Part shown: piece after piece, positions 9,164 through 17,339 of the stretch
Layout of the letters: every line of letters starts with the position of its first letter
How positions within the stretch are numbered: position 1 is the first letter of the stretch
NCBI GenBank assembly: GCA_964507075.1
Contig: CAZDOL010000007.1
Location: 1-31,843 of the forward strand
DNA length: 31,843 nt
Direction of reading: 5' to 3'
From: an uncultured Gammaproteobacteria bacterium
GTDB lineage: Bacteria > Patescibacteriota > Patescibacteriia > UBA2591 > UBA6264
The notes under the pieces: model-generated
Seen by the model: only the letters and a program-made list of their open reading frames with translations
Told to the model about the DNA's origin: nothing
Database searches by the model: none
Program-made: the position numbers and the translations under genes

Positions 9164-10342
9164 TTAATTAGAATTAATCGCCCTTTGATAAAAATTTAAA
9201 GTTTCACGAGCACATTTATCCCATTTGAATTCCTTGGCTAAAAGTTTTCCCTTCACTTTAAATTTATCATATAATTTTTTATTAGTCAACAAATTATAAG
9301 CAACAGTCGTTATTTCAGAAACATTGTAAGGGTCAACAATTGCCGCTGATTGACTAGCTATTTCCTTCATAGACGAGGTGTTGCTAGTAATTACTGGTAT
9401 TCCTTTAGCCATAGCTTCAATAATGGGAAAACCAAACCCTTCGTAAAGAGACGGAAACATGAACAAACTTGCTCCTTCAAACAATGCGTTTAAGTCAGAT
9501 GCTTCGGCATAACCCGGAAAAATAATATCCTTTTTATATTTTGACAACCTAACGGCTTGTTTTATTTTTTTAAAATTAGGATCTTTTTTATCCCCACCCA
9601 AAACTAATTGATACTCTGGCAAGGTTTTATTTTTCATAGATTCTATTTTCCTCCTTAAACGCTCATAAGCAAAAATAATACGAATAACATTTTTTCTAGG
9701 ACTAAAATTGCCCAAAGAAAACAAATAATCCTTTTTGATTTTATATTTACTTTGAACCTGCTTGATTTTGGATAATGTATTTTTTTTAAAAAATCTTATA
9801 TCAACGCCGTGATAAATAACTTTAATTTTTTTACGATTAATGTTAAAAATCTGCTGCAAATCTTTGGATGTAGATTTGGAAACTGCGATAATCATTTTAG
9901 CTTTTTCTAAAATGCTCGGTAAATTTTTTCTAAAAAGAATATCTTGTTTTTGACGAGAATATAACTCAAAAAATTTACAAACCGCTAAATCATGAACAGT
10001 TATTATTGTTTTGCCAACATAAGGACGTGGCAACCAGGGAATGGGTGAATGAAGAATATCTAATTTCTCTCGAGAAAAAACAGCGCTAACCAAAAAATGA
10101 GCATATTTATCTGGCATTAGATTGCTATACTGCAAAAATGGAATAAATTTAATTAAAACATTTTTCTGTTTAAATTTTGCTATCCTGCTTTGCCCAACAG
10201 AATGGTCAAAAAATAAAACATAAGTATTCTTTTTATCAATTTTTAATAAATGACGAACCAATTGATAGGTATAATGACCAATGCCGTCGCGTTCTCCTTT
10301 CTCGGGATGTAAAATTGTCCGACAATCTATGCCAATCTTCAT
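9164..10342 (-). CDS. Glycosyltransferase, GT-B fold (family 4-like)
   Basis: 392 aa; C-terminal EGFGFPIIEAMAKGIPVITSN (E-x7-E type motif). Confidence 0.85.
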   Translation of the reverse strand: MKIGIDCRTILHPEKGERDGIGHYTYQLVRHLLKIDKKNTYVLFFDHSVGQSRIAKFKQKNVLIKFIPFLQYSNLMPDKYAHFLVSAVFSREKLDILHSPIPWLPRPYVGKTIITVHDLAVCKFFELYSRQKQDILFRKNLPSILEKAKMIIAVSKSTSKDLQQIFNINRKKIKVIYHGVDIRFFKKNTLSKIKQVQSKYKIKKDYLFSLGNFSPRKNVIRIIFAYERLRRKIESMKNKTLPEYQLVLGGDKKDPNFKKIKQAVRLSKYKKDIIFPGYAEASDLNALFEGASLFMFPSLYEGFGFPIIEAMAKGIPVITSNTSSMKEIASQSAAIVDPYNVSEITTVAYNLLTNKKLYDKFKVKGKLLAKEFKWDKCARETLNFYQRAINSN

Positions 10343-10472
10343 AAATATAAATTAATATGAACTTAGTTACTATATTATACAAAACTAAAATCATAAGGGC
10401 AAGCCGAATGAATGGTGGACAAAACAGGCGTTAATTTGTAAACTATAATCAACCATTAATAAACAGAACATA

Positions 10473-10940
10473 ATGAAAATAATAGCTAAAAACAAAAAGG
10501 CCCTATATGATTATGAAATTTTAGATACCATAGAGGCTGGGATTGTTCTAACTGGACCTGAGGTGAAATCAATTAAAAACGGAAGGATAAACCTTGCTGG
10601 CAGTTATGTTATAGTGGATAACAAAAATAATGTCTACTTACTCAATGCTCATGTAGACCCCTATCCTCCCGCTTTTCAGGTCCAACAAGATTACGAACCC
10701 ACTCAAAGCAGAAAATTACTTCTCAAAAAAAAAGAAATCCAAGAAGTAATCGGAAAAACTCATATAGTAGGATTAAGTGCAATTCCATTAAAAGTTTATA
10801 CCAAAGGCAGTATTATAAAAATAGAAATTGCCATAGCAAAGGGCAAAAAAAAATATGACAAAAGACAGTCAATAAAAGAAAAAGATATTAAAAAAAGAAT
10901 CAACCAAAAACTTAAAGGTTCATTCAAATTTTCGGACTAA
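10473..10940 (+). CDS. smpB: SsrA-binding protein SmpB
   Basis: 155 aa; KALYDYEILDTIEAGIVLTGPEVKSI, RKLLLKKKEI and a basic C-terminal tail. Confidence 0.92.
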   Translation: MKIIAKNKKALYDYEILDTIEAGIVLTGPEVKSIKNGRINLAGSYVIVDNKNNVYLLNAHVDPYPPAFQVQQDYEPTQSRKLLLKKKEIQEVIGKTHIVGLSAIPLKVYTKGSIIKIEIAIAKGKKKYDKRQSIKEKDIKKRINQKLKGSFKFSD

Positions 10941-11309
10941 AGTTAAATTTCCCTCTTTGTCCCAAGTTCCTACGCCGATGCTATCTAACCCTAAAATAAT
11001 CTTTCTTCCTGGGAAAAGTTTCTTTAGAAGATGAACGCCCGCATCACAAGCTAAAACTATAGTAGTATCTCCATGTAATTCTCCTTTTTTTAATTCTAAC
11101 TCATCATAAGCACAAGGACGACCAATTAAATCAGTGTCTACTACATTAAATCCGTCCTTTCTTAATTTTATTGCTAACTTGTCCATCCCTTCTCGTCCTC
11201 CGGTCCCACATATTCTCGCGCACGAATTACAAGAAACTATACCTATTTTGTCAATTTTTTTTAACTGACTTCTAATTATGCCGTAAAGTTTAGATTCTGT
11301 AATAATCAT
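10920..11309 (-). CDS. Hypothetical Cys-containing small protein
   Basis: 129 aa; SCNSCARICGTGG ... RPCAY ... LACDAG. No family confidently recognised. The 3' end converges on and overlaps smpB by 21 nt. Confidence 0.55.
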   Translation of the reverse strand: MIITESKLYGIIRSQLKKIDKIGIVSCNSCARICGTGGREGMDKLAIKLRKDGFNVVDTDLIGRPCAYDELELKKGELHGDTTIVLACDAGVHLLKKLFPGRKIILGLDSIGVGTWDKEGNLTLVRKFE

Positions 11310-11411
11310 AATTTAATTTTAATTACAAATTTTTAAATCGGTACTCTAAGACTACCAAAAACTACACTAAACGTGATGTCGCACTAAGCGCGATATCAAA
11401 CACGCTGAGCG

Positions 11412-11486
11412 TGGTCGGGGATAGGAGGATCGAACTCCTGACCTCACGCCCCCCAGACGTGCGCGCTACCGCTGCGCTAATCCCCG
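11412..11486 (-). tRNA. tRNA-Pro (anticodon GGG), CCA encoded
   Basis: Minus strand CGGGGAT TA GCGC AGCGGTA GCGC G CACGT CTGGGGG GCGTG AGGTC AGGAG TTCGATC CTCCT ATCCCCG A CCA. Confidence 0.9.
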
Positions 11487-11501
11487 AAGGAGGGCCAAAA
11501 A

Positions 11502-11792
11502 TCAAATCTTGTCCAATTCTCGTTTCAAAATTTTCAAACACTTAGTACAAATTTTTATCTTAGTTTTATTCTTGTTTTCCACATTTATTCTCTCAGACGG
11601 ACTTGCTTTTTTTGTCAAACACTTTTTAATAATCCTATCATCCTTAAGAAGATTTTTTAAAGGGTTATTGGAACCAGATATATTTTTAGTTTGCAAATTC
11701 ACATACTGGCGTCTCTTGGTCGCTATATTAGAATGTGATCTGATAATAGCTGTCTGGGGCCCACGGCCACAAATATCACAACGTCTTGACAT
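11502..11792 (-). CDS. rpmB: Ribosomal protein L28, extended form
   Basis: MSRRCDICGRGPQTAIIRSHSNIATKRRQYVNLQ is canonical L28. A long Lys/Asn-rich insertion precedes KICTKCLK. Confidence 0.85.
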   Translation of the reverse strand: MSRRCDICGRGPQTAIIRSHSNIATKRRQYVNLQTKNISGSNNPLKNLLKDDRIIKKCLTKKASPSERINVENKNKTKIKICTKCLKILKRELDKI

Positions 11793-11869
11793 AAGAATTG
11801 GTTAATTGGTTAATTGGGGATTGGTTAATTGGGATCCTAATTACCTAAGTACCCAATTACCTAAGTACC
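11793..11869 (-). repeat. Intergenic arm/leader module (copy 2, upstream of rpmB)
   Basis: Minus strand: GGTACTTAGGTAATTGGGTACTTAGGTAATTAGGATCCCAATTAACCAATCCCCAATTAACCAATTAACCAATTCTTAT-ATG. The G arm is a tandem 17-nt unit. The last 42 nt before the ATG contain no G. Confidence 0.65.
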
Positions 11870-11902
11870 TATCATAACATTTTAAATTTATTTAACAAGT
11901 GT

Positions 11903-12511
11903 ATGAATTTACTCTTTTTCTTTTTTGTAATAATCCCCTCAGCAATTATCCACGAATATGCTCATGCTTGGGCTGCTGATCAGCTAGGAGACCCAACAGC
12001 TAAACAAGCAGGTAGATTGACATTGAATCCGTTAGCTCATATTGACATATGGGGAACTATTTTGATGCCTATTCTTTTATTTTTACTTTCTGGAGGAAAA
12101 TTTCTTTTTGCTTATGCTAAACCCGTCCCCTTTAACCCATACAACCTAAGAAACCAAAAACACGGCTCAGGATTAGTAGCTTTAGCTGGTCCTTTGGCCA
12201 ATCTAATTATTGCTTTAATTTTTGGCCTAATGATTAGATTTTCCGTGTTTAATCAATTTGCCTTATTTTTAAGTATTATTGTTTATGCCAATATCCTTTT
12301 GGCTGTTTTCAATCTTTTGCCTATCCCCCCTTTAGATGGTTCAAAAGTTTTGTTTGCTTTTCTGCCAAGCAGATTTAGACATTACGAAATAGTAATGCAA
12401 AGATATGGATTTTTTATTTTATTCTTATTCATCTTTTTTGGTTTTCAAATAATATTTCCAATAATCTTTAGTATATATAAACTTATTGTGGGGCAACCAT
12501 TCATTTTCTAA
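11903..12511 (+). CDS. Site-2 protease family (peptidase M50) membrane metalloprotease
   Basis: 202 aa; HEYAHAW (HExxH), NLLPIPPLDGSKV and multiple TM helices. Confidence 0.8.
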   Translation: MNLLFFFFVIIPSAIIHEYAHAWAADQLGDPTAKQAGRLTLNPLAHIDIWGTILMPILLFLLSGGKFLFAYAKPVPFNPYNLRNQKHGSGLVALAGPLANLIIALIFGLMIRFSVFNQFALFLSIIVYANILLAVFNLLPIPPLDGSKVLFAFLPSRFRHYEIVMQRYGFFILFLFIFFGFQIIFPIIFSIYKLIVGQPFIF

Positions 12512-12530
12512 TCATTTTTAGAGAAAAAAA

Positions 12531-12559
12531 TTGACATTTTTTAAAAAATAAAGTAAAAT
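12531..12559 (+). promoter_or_regulatory. Strong sigma70-like promoter of the rpsL-rpsG-fusA operon
   Basis: TTGACA (12531-12536), 17-nt spacer, TAAAAT (12554-12559). Confidence 0.55.
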
Positions 12560-12565
12560 AAGTTA

Positions 12566-12682
12566 GGTGCTCGGGTACTTGGGTAATCAGGCAAAAAATT
12601 ATTCTTATAATGAACGAAACGAAAGATGTTTCTTCTAAAATCCCAATTACCTAATTAACTAATCCCCAATTAACCAATATGT
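12566..12682 (+). repeat. Intergenic arm/leader module (copy 3, upstream of rpsL)
   Basis: GGTGCTCGGGTACTTGGGTAATCAGGC is followed by A-rich sequence with TATAAT (12606-12611). TCCCAATTACCTAATTAACTAATCCCCAATTAACCAATATGT-ATG follows. Positions 12629-12680 contain no G. Confidence 0.65.
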
Positions 12683-13108
12683 ATGCCTACCATAAATCAA
12701 TTAGTCCGTAAAGGAAGAAAAAAAACGAAAAAAAAATCTCAAACCCCTGCCCTCAGGGTTAATTTTAATGTTTTGAAAAGAAAAAGAACTTTCCTTAAAA
12801 AGGGTCGTCCATTTTTAAGAGGAATTTGTCTGAAGGTTACTACCCAAACTCCCAAAAAGCCAAATTCAGCTTTACGTAAAATTGCTAGAGTTAGGTTATC
12901 TAACGGCATGGAAGTAACTGCCTACATTCCTGGAATTGGACACAACCTGCAAGAACATTCCGTAGTTCTAATTAGAGGCGGCAGAGTAAAAGATTTGCCC
13001 GGCGTTAGATATCATATTGTTAGGGGGGTCTACGACACTAGTGGTGTTGAGGGTAGAAAACAAAGCAGAAGTTTATACGGTACAAAAAAACCAAAGTCAG
13101 GCGCTTAA
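12683..13108 (+). CDS. rpsL: Ribosomal protein S12
   Basis: 141 aa; [17 protein letters not shown] and [25 protein letters not shown]. Carries a ~14-residue basic insertion near the N-terminus. Confidence 0.95.
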   Translation: MPTINQLVRKGRKKTKKKSQTPALRVNFNVLKRKRTFLKKGRPFLRGICLKVTTQTPKKPNSALRKIARVRLSNGMEVTAYIPGIGHNLQEHSVVLIRGGRVKDLPGVRYHIVRGVYDTSGVEGRKQSRSLYGTKKPKSGA

Positions 13109-13159
13109 GTAATCGGATAATTATAATCCCGATTAACTAATCAATCAATCAACTAACTT
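13109..13159 (+). repeat. Intergenic arm/leader module (short copy 4, upstream of rpsG)
   Basis: GTAATCGGATAATTATAATCCCGATTAACTAATCAATCAATCAACTAACTT-ATG, with TATAAT at 13122-13127. Confidence 0.5.
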
Positions 13160-13633
13160 ATGAGAGGAAAACAAGCCATAAAAAGAAAAATCAGTCCAGA
13201 TCCTAAATACCAATCAATTCCTGTAGCCAAATTCATCAATCATATTATGAAAGGTGGTAAAAAAAATATTGCTTCTAAAATAGTTTATCAATCTTTTGAT
13301 TTTATTAAAGAAAAAACCAAAAGAGACCCTTTGGAAATTTTTCAAAAAGCAATAGAAAATATATCTCCATTTATAGAGATAAGATCTCGCCGAGTTGGTG
13401 GAGCTAATTACCAAGTTCCTACCCCAACCACCGAATCCCGTAGATATGTTCTTGCTTCCCGTTGGATTATTGATGCTGCCCGCAAACGTAAAGGAAAGCC
13501 AATGTTCAAAAGATTGGGACAAGAATTTCTAGACGCAGCAGAAAATCAAGGCAACGCTATAAAAAAGAAAGAGGATGTCCATCGTATGGCCGAGGCAAAT
13601 AAAGCTTTCGCTCATTTTGCTAGATATCATTAA
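13160..13633 (+). CDS. rpsG: Ribosomal protein S7
   Basis: 157 aa; KFINHIMKGGKK, RRVGGANYQVP and AHRMAEANKAFAHF-type C-terminus. Confidence 0.95.
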   Translation: MRGKQAIKRKISPDPKYQSIPVAKFINHIMKGGKKNIASKIVYQSFDFIKEKTKRDPLEIFQKAIENISPFIEIRSRRVGGANYQVPTPTTESRRYVLASRWIIDAARKRKGKPMFKRLGQEFLDAAENQGNAIKKKEDVHRMAEANKAFAHFARYH

Positions 13634-13683
13634 AATTCATTACCAAAAATCTTTTGATATCTAATTGGACTTATTAAACAAAG

Positions 13684-13707
13684 TTCTCCTCTTTACTAAG
13701 GGGAGAA
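13684..13707 (+). other. Stable intercistronic hairpin between rpsG and fusA
   Basis: TTCTCCTCTT-TACT-AAGGGGAGAA is a 10-bp stem with one G-U pair. No T-tract follows, so a processing or stability element is likelier than a terminator. Confidence 0.45.
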
Positions 13708-13752
13708 AATTATTAATAACCAATTTACTAATTATTTAATTTAAATATAAAT

Positions 13753-15846
13753 ATGTCTACTGAACATAAATTAGAACAGGTACGCAATATTGGAATTATT
13801 GCTCATATTGACGCTGGCAAAACAACCGTTAGTGAGAGAATTCTGTATTATACCGGCAAAAAGCATAAAGTAGGAGAAGTTCATGAGGGTCAAGCAGAAA
13901 TGGACTGGATGGAGCAAGAAAGAGAAAGGGGTGTTACTATTACCTCCGCAGCTACTACTGTTTTCTGGTCTAACTCAAGCGGAGAGAATACTAAAATTAA
14001 CATTATTGATACTCCTGGCCATATTGATTTTACTGCAGAAGTCCAGAGATCTTTGCGTATTTTAGATGGAGGAGTAGTTGTTTTTGATGGAGTAGCGGGA
14101 GTTGAGCCACAGTCTGAAACCGTTTACCATCAAGCTGAAAAATTTGAAATACCACTAATTGGTTTTGTTAATAAAATGGATCGCACTGGCGCTGATTTTT
14201 ATGCCGACCTAGAATCTATTTATGAACGCTTAACTAAAAATGCTCATCCTTTGCAATTACCAATAGGATCAGAAACAAATTTTAAGGGAATTGTTGATTT
14301 ATTTACTCGCAAGGCGCACATATATTCGGATGAAATGGGAATGGAAGTAGAAATAAAAGATGCTCCAGAAGATTTAAAAGAAAAAATAGAAAAATATAGA
14401 ACTGAAATAATAGAGGCTATTATTGAGGGCGACGAACAATTAATGCATGAATATTTAGAGGGCAAAGAACCAGATTTAAAAATTCTAAGAAAATTATTAA
14501 GGCAAGCTGTTATTAAAGGAAAAATAGTGCCTATTCTTTGTGGTTCGGCCCTAAAAAATAAAGGAATTCAACCCCTTTTGGATGCTATTTCTTTTTATCT
14601 TCCCTCGCCATTAGATGTTCCTCCAGTAGAAGGAATTGACCCCAAAACTGAAGAAAAATCAATTCGTATGGCTGACGAAAAAGAACCATTCGCCGCCCTA
14701 GCTTTTAAAATAGCCACAGACCCTTATGTTGGACGATTGTGCTATTTCAGGGTTTATTCTGGCTCCCTAACTTCAGGGTCATATGTTTTAAACACTACAA
14801 CCAAAAACAAAGAAAGAGTGGGGCGAATTGTCCAAATGCACGCTAACCAAAGAAAAGAAATTGATCAGGTTTCAGCAGGAGACATTGCCGCCATTGTGGG
14901 TATAAAAAACACTACCACTGGTGATACGCTTTGCGATGTTAATAATCCTATTATTCTAGAATCTATCAGCTTTCCTAATCCTGTTATTTCTGTTGCTATT
15001 GAGCCAAAAACAAAATTAGACCAAGAAAAAATGGGACTAGCTATTGCCAAATTGGTAGAAGAAGACCCAACTTTCAGAGTAAAAACAGATGAAGAGACAG
15101 GACAAACTATTATTTCGGGTATGGGAGAATTCCATCTAGAAATTATTGTTGATCGCTTAAAGCGAGAATTTAATGTCAATGTTAATGTTGGTCAGCCTCA
15201 AGTTGCCTACAAAGAAACTATTACCACTACTGTTAAAAGTGAAGGAAAATATATTCATCAATCAGGAGGACGCGGACAATACGGACATTGCTGGTTAGAG
15301 CTTGAGCCCAAAGAAAGAGGCGGAGGATTTGAATTTATAGATAAAATTAAAGGCGGAGCTATTCCTAGAGAATTCGTTCCAGCCATTAAAAAAGGAGTTA
15401 TTCAGGCTATGTCTGAAGGCGCCTTAGCTGGTTATCCTTTGGTAGATATGAAAGTTACTGTTTATGATGGTTCTTTTCATGACGTGGACTCCTCGGAAGC
15501 AGCTTTTAAAATCGCTGCTACACGAGCGGTCAAAGATGGAGTTAAGAAAGCAAACCCTGCTTTATTAGAACCAATAATGAAATTGGAAGTAGTGGTTCCT
15601 GAAAAGTTTATGGGAGATGTTATTGGGGATCTTAATTCCCGCCGCTCCCAAATTCAAGAAACAAAAGACAGGGGCCAGGTAAAAATAGTTCATGCCTTAT
15701 CACCTTTATCTGAAATGTTTGGTTATACCACTGCTTTAAGGTCAGTAACCGAGGGGCGTGGCAGTTCTAATATGGAATTTGACCATTATGTTCCGACCCC
15801 TGCCAATGTTCAGGCTAAATTAACCAACAAAGACGACAAAAAATAA
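13753..15846 (+). CDS. fusA: Translation elongation factor G
   Basis: 697 aa; [18 protein letters not shown] and all EF-G domains. Confidence 0.96.
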   Translation: MSTEHKLEQVRNIGIIAHIDAGKTTVSERILYYTGKKHKVGEVHEGQAEMDWMEQERERGVTITSAATTVFWSNSSGENTKINIIDTPGHIDFTAEVQRSLRILDGGVVVFDGVAGVEPQSETVYHQAEKFEIPLIGFVNKMDRTGADFYADLESIYERLTKNAHPLQLPIGSETNFKGIVDLFTRKAHIYSDEMGMEVEIKDAPEDLKEKIEKYRTEIIEAIIEGDEQLMHEYLEGKEPDLKILRKLLRQAVIKGKIVPILCGSALKNKGIQPLLDAISFYLPSPLDVPPVEGIDPKTEEKSIRMADEKEPFAALAFKIATDPYVGRLCYFRVYSGSLTSGSYVLNTTTKNKERVGRIVQMHANQRKEIDQVSAGDIAAIVGIKNTTTGDTLCDVNNPIILESISFPNPVISVAIEPKTKLDQEKMGLAIAKLVEEDPTFRVKTDEETGQTIISGMGEFHLEIIVDRLKREFNVNVNVGQPQVAYKETITTTVKSEGKYIHQSGGRGQYGHCWLELEPKERGGGFEFIDKIKGGAIPREFVPAIKKGVIQAMSEGALAGYPLVDMKVTVYDGSFHDVDSSEAAFKIAATRAVKDGVKKANPALLEPIMKLEVVVPEKFMGDVIGDLNSRRSQIQETKDRGQVKIVHALSPLSEMFGYTTALRSVTEGRGSSNMEFDHYVPTPANVQAKLTNKDDKK

Positions 15847-15874
15847 TTGACATTCTGATTAAAAACTGTATCCT
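15847..15874 (+). promoter_or_regulatory. Candidate promoter of ssrA
   Basis: TTGACA (15847-15852) directly after the fusA stop, 16-nt spacer, TATCCT (15869-15874). It would leave a short precursor leader before GGGG at 15888. Confidence 0.35.
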
Positions 15875-15887
15875 TAATGTGTTATAA

Positions 15888-16273
15888 GGGGATGTCTTAT
15901 AATCGACGCGAGAAAATTGCGACGAAAACAAGCCTTTCGTACACCTTAGAGACGCGTTAGTTCTCTAAAACAAAATAAATGGCAAACTAATTGCTAAAGT
16001 AAGGCAAATGCTAAGCATTCCAGCCTTCAATTTTGCTAGAGCTTAAAAAAGCAACAGCCATCAAATTTTTGAATCCTGCTAAAAAATTTGATGTATTATC
16101 AGCGGGAAAACGACCAATCTGTCGCCCGAATAGAATGGTTGTATTAAATCGGGCTGTGATTAAAGGAATTTGTTCAATTTTAATCTTTAATCAAGAAATC
16201 AATTGAACTATAAAGGTAGAAATTTTTGTCTTAATTCCTGCGAACGCGGGGGAAGTACCCGCCATCTCCACCA
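15888..16273 (+). ncRNA. ssrA: tmRNA (SsrA), one-piece
   Basis: 5' GGGGATG pairs with 3' CATCTCC (G3-U70), followed by ACCA. The TCGACG motif sits near the 5' end, and the T-arm is GCGGG/CCCGC. An internal frame (at most 15981-16046) ends ...CCA GCC TTC AAT TTT GCT AGA GCT TAA (PAFNFARA*). The stop lies in a GCTT-AAAA-AAGC hairpin. 386 nt. Confidence 0.85.
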
Positions 16274-16319
16274 TCCTTCGCTCCTCGCTCATGCTCGGAG
16301 CTTCGGATGGCAAGGCCAC
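16274..16319 (+). repeat. GC-rich nested-hairpin repeat (trailer copy a), starting right after the tmRNA CCA
   Basis: TCCTTCGCTCCTCGCTCATGCTCGGAGCTTCGGATGGCAAGGCCAC matches the reverse complement of 24119-24164 at 42 of 46 positions by my manual alignment. Confidence 0.8.
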
Positions 16320-16362
16320 TTATTATTAATCGATCGCTTTTGATGACACAAAACGAAGGATG

Positions 16363-16388
16363 TCCTCCGTAGCTTTAGCGAAGGAGGA
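16363..16388 (-). repeat. GC-rich hairpin repeat (minimal form), upstream of the GIY-YIG gene
   Basis: TCCTCCGTAGCTTTAGCGAAGGAGGA with basal stem TCCTCC/GGAGGA. Its GAAGGAGG half is the only SD-like sequence near the 16403 ATG. Confidence 0.7.
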
Positions 16389-16402
16389 ATAACTCCCATT
16401 CT

Positions 16403-16651
16403 ATGCATTATGTTTACATTCTCCAAGGCACCAAAAACAATAGTCCATATACGGGAATTACAACTAACCTAAAACAAAGAATCAAGAATCACAACTCTGG
16501 ACAAGTCAAATCTACCTCAAGTAAAAAACCGTACAAATTAATTTGGTATTGCGCATTTGCTAGTAAAATTAATGCGTATAAATTTGAAAAGTATCTTAAA
16601 AGTGGATCGGGGGTGGCTTTCTCTAAAAAACATTTAAATTTAAAAAATTGA
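16403..16651 (+). CDS. Small GIY-YIG family nuclease
   Basis: 82 aa; YVYIL...YTGITTNLKQRIKNHNSG...KLIWY...A.KFEKYLK matches the GIY-YIG core (GIY ... YIG ... R ... H/N ... E). Confidence 0.8.
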   Translation: MHYVYILQGTKNNSPYTGITTNLKQRIKNHNSGQVKSTSSKKPYKLIWYCAFASKINAYKFEKYLKSGSGVAFSKKHLNLKN

Positions 16652-17151
16652 AATATTACCGCGTAAACAATAAAATAACTGCTCCCCAGGTTCGTTTAAT
16701 AAACGAGAAAGGGGAACATTTAGATGTTATTGAAACAGAAAAAGCGTTGGAAATGGCTAGAGATAAAGAATTAGACCTAGTTGAAATTAGCCCGCAGGCC
16801 AATCCACCTATAGCCAAAATTTTAAACTTTAGCCACCTTAAATACGACCTCAAAAAGAAAGAAAAACATCAAAAGAAAGAACAAAAAATTAATGAAATTA
16901 AAGGTATACGTTTAACTCCAAGAATAGGAAAACACGATCTAGATTTTCGCGTGAAAAGAGCATGCGAATTCATGGAAAAGGGGAATAAAGTAAAGATTGA
17001 AATGATATTGCGCGGAAGAGAAAAAGCGCACTTCCCGTTGGCTCAAAAATTAACCGAAGAATTTATAGATATGTTAGGAGAAAATATTCAGATAGAACAA
17101 AAAATAAAAAAACAGGGAAACAGGTTGACAGTATTAATTAGTAAAAAATAA
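16648..17151 (+). CDS. infC: Translation initiation factor IF-3, TTG start
   Basis: 167 aa; INNKITAPQVRLI, LDLVEISPQANPPIAKILNF. TTG at 16648 is the first possible start after the in-frame stop at 16624-16626. Confidence 0.9.
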   Translation: MKYYRVNNKITAPQVRLINEKGEHLDVIETEKALEMARDKELDLVEISPQANPPIAKILNFSHLKYDLKKKEKHQKKEQKINEIKGIRLTPRIGKHDLDFRVKRACEFMEKGNKVKIEMILRGREKAHFPLAQKLTEEFIDMLGENIQIEQKIKKQGNRLTVLISKK

Positions 17152-17156
17152 CAAAG

Positions 17157-17339
17157 ATGAACAAACCTTGTAAGGCAATATCCAAAAGGGTAAAAAAAAC
17201 CAAAAATGAAAAATTTTTGCACATAACTTGTGGGCAAAACCATTTTAACGCGAAAGAATCAAGGCAAGTAACTAAAAATAAAAGAAAACGAAGATTGCTT
17301 AGCAAGGGTTTCAGAAAAACACTTAAACAAAATCTGTAG
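17157..17339 (+). CDS. rpmI: Ribosomal protein L35
   Basis: 60 aa, very basic, in the conserved infC-rpmI-rplT position; K..SKRVKKTKN...H pattern. Confidence 0.8.
   Translation: MNKPCKAISKRVKKTKNEKFLHITCGQNHFNAKESRQVTKNKRKRRLLSKGFRKTLKQNL

Noticed and set aside
11509-11805. 98-aa plus-strand ORF
   Set aside because: It is fully antisense to the clearly recognisable rpmB (L28) gene and has low-complexity hydrophobic content.
11793-11869. Repeated GGTACTTAGGTAATT units and similar intergenic repeats, considered as a CRISPR array
   Set aside because: Repeats are only ~17 nt, directly tandem without spacers, number only two, and occur as single modules in front of genes. No cas genes are present.
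12606-12611. TATAAT boxes inside the arm/leader modules taken as proven internal promoters
   Set aside because: No convincing -35 element lies at 16-18 nt in any copy, and a strong TTGACA-17-TAAAAT promoter already lies upstream of the rpsL module. They are kept only as a hypothesis within the module finding.
16649-16651. Possibility of an alternative genetic code (UGA as Gly or Trp, as in some CPR lineages)
   Set aside because: All conserved genes are full length with the standard code. TGA terminates the GIY-YIG ORF at a sensible length, and no in-frame TGA needs to be read through in any recognisable protein.
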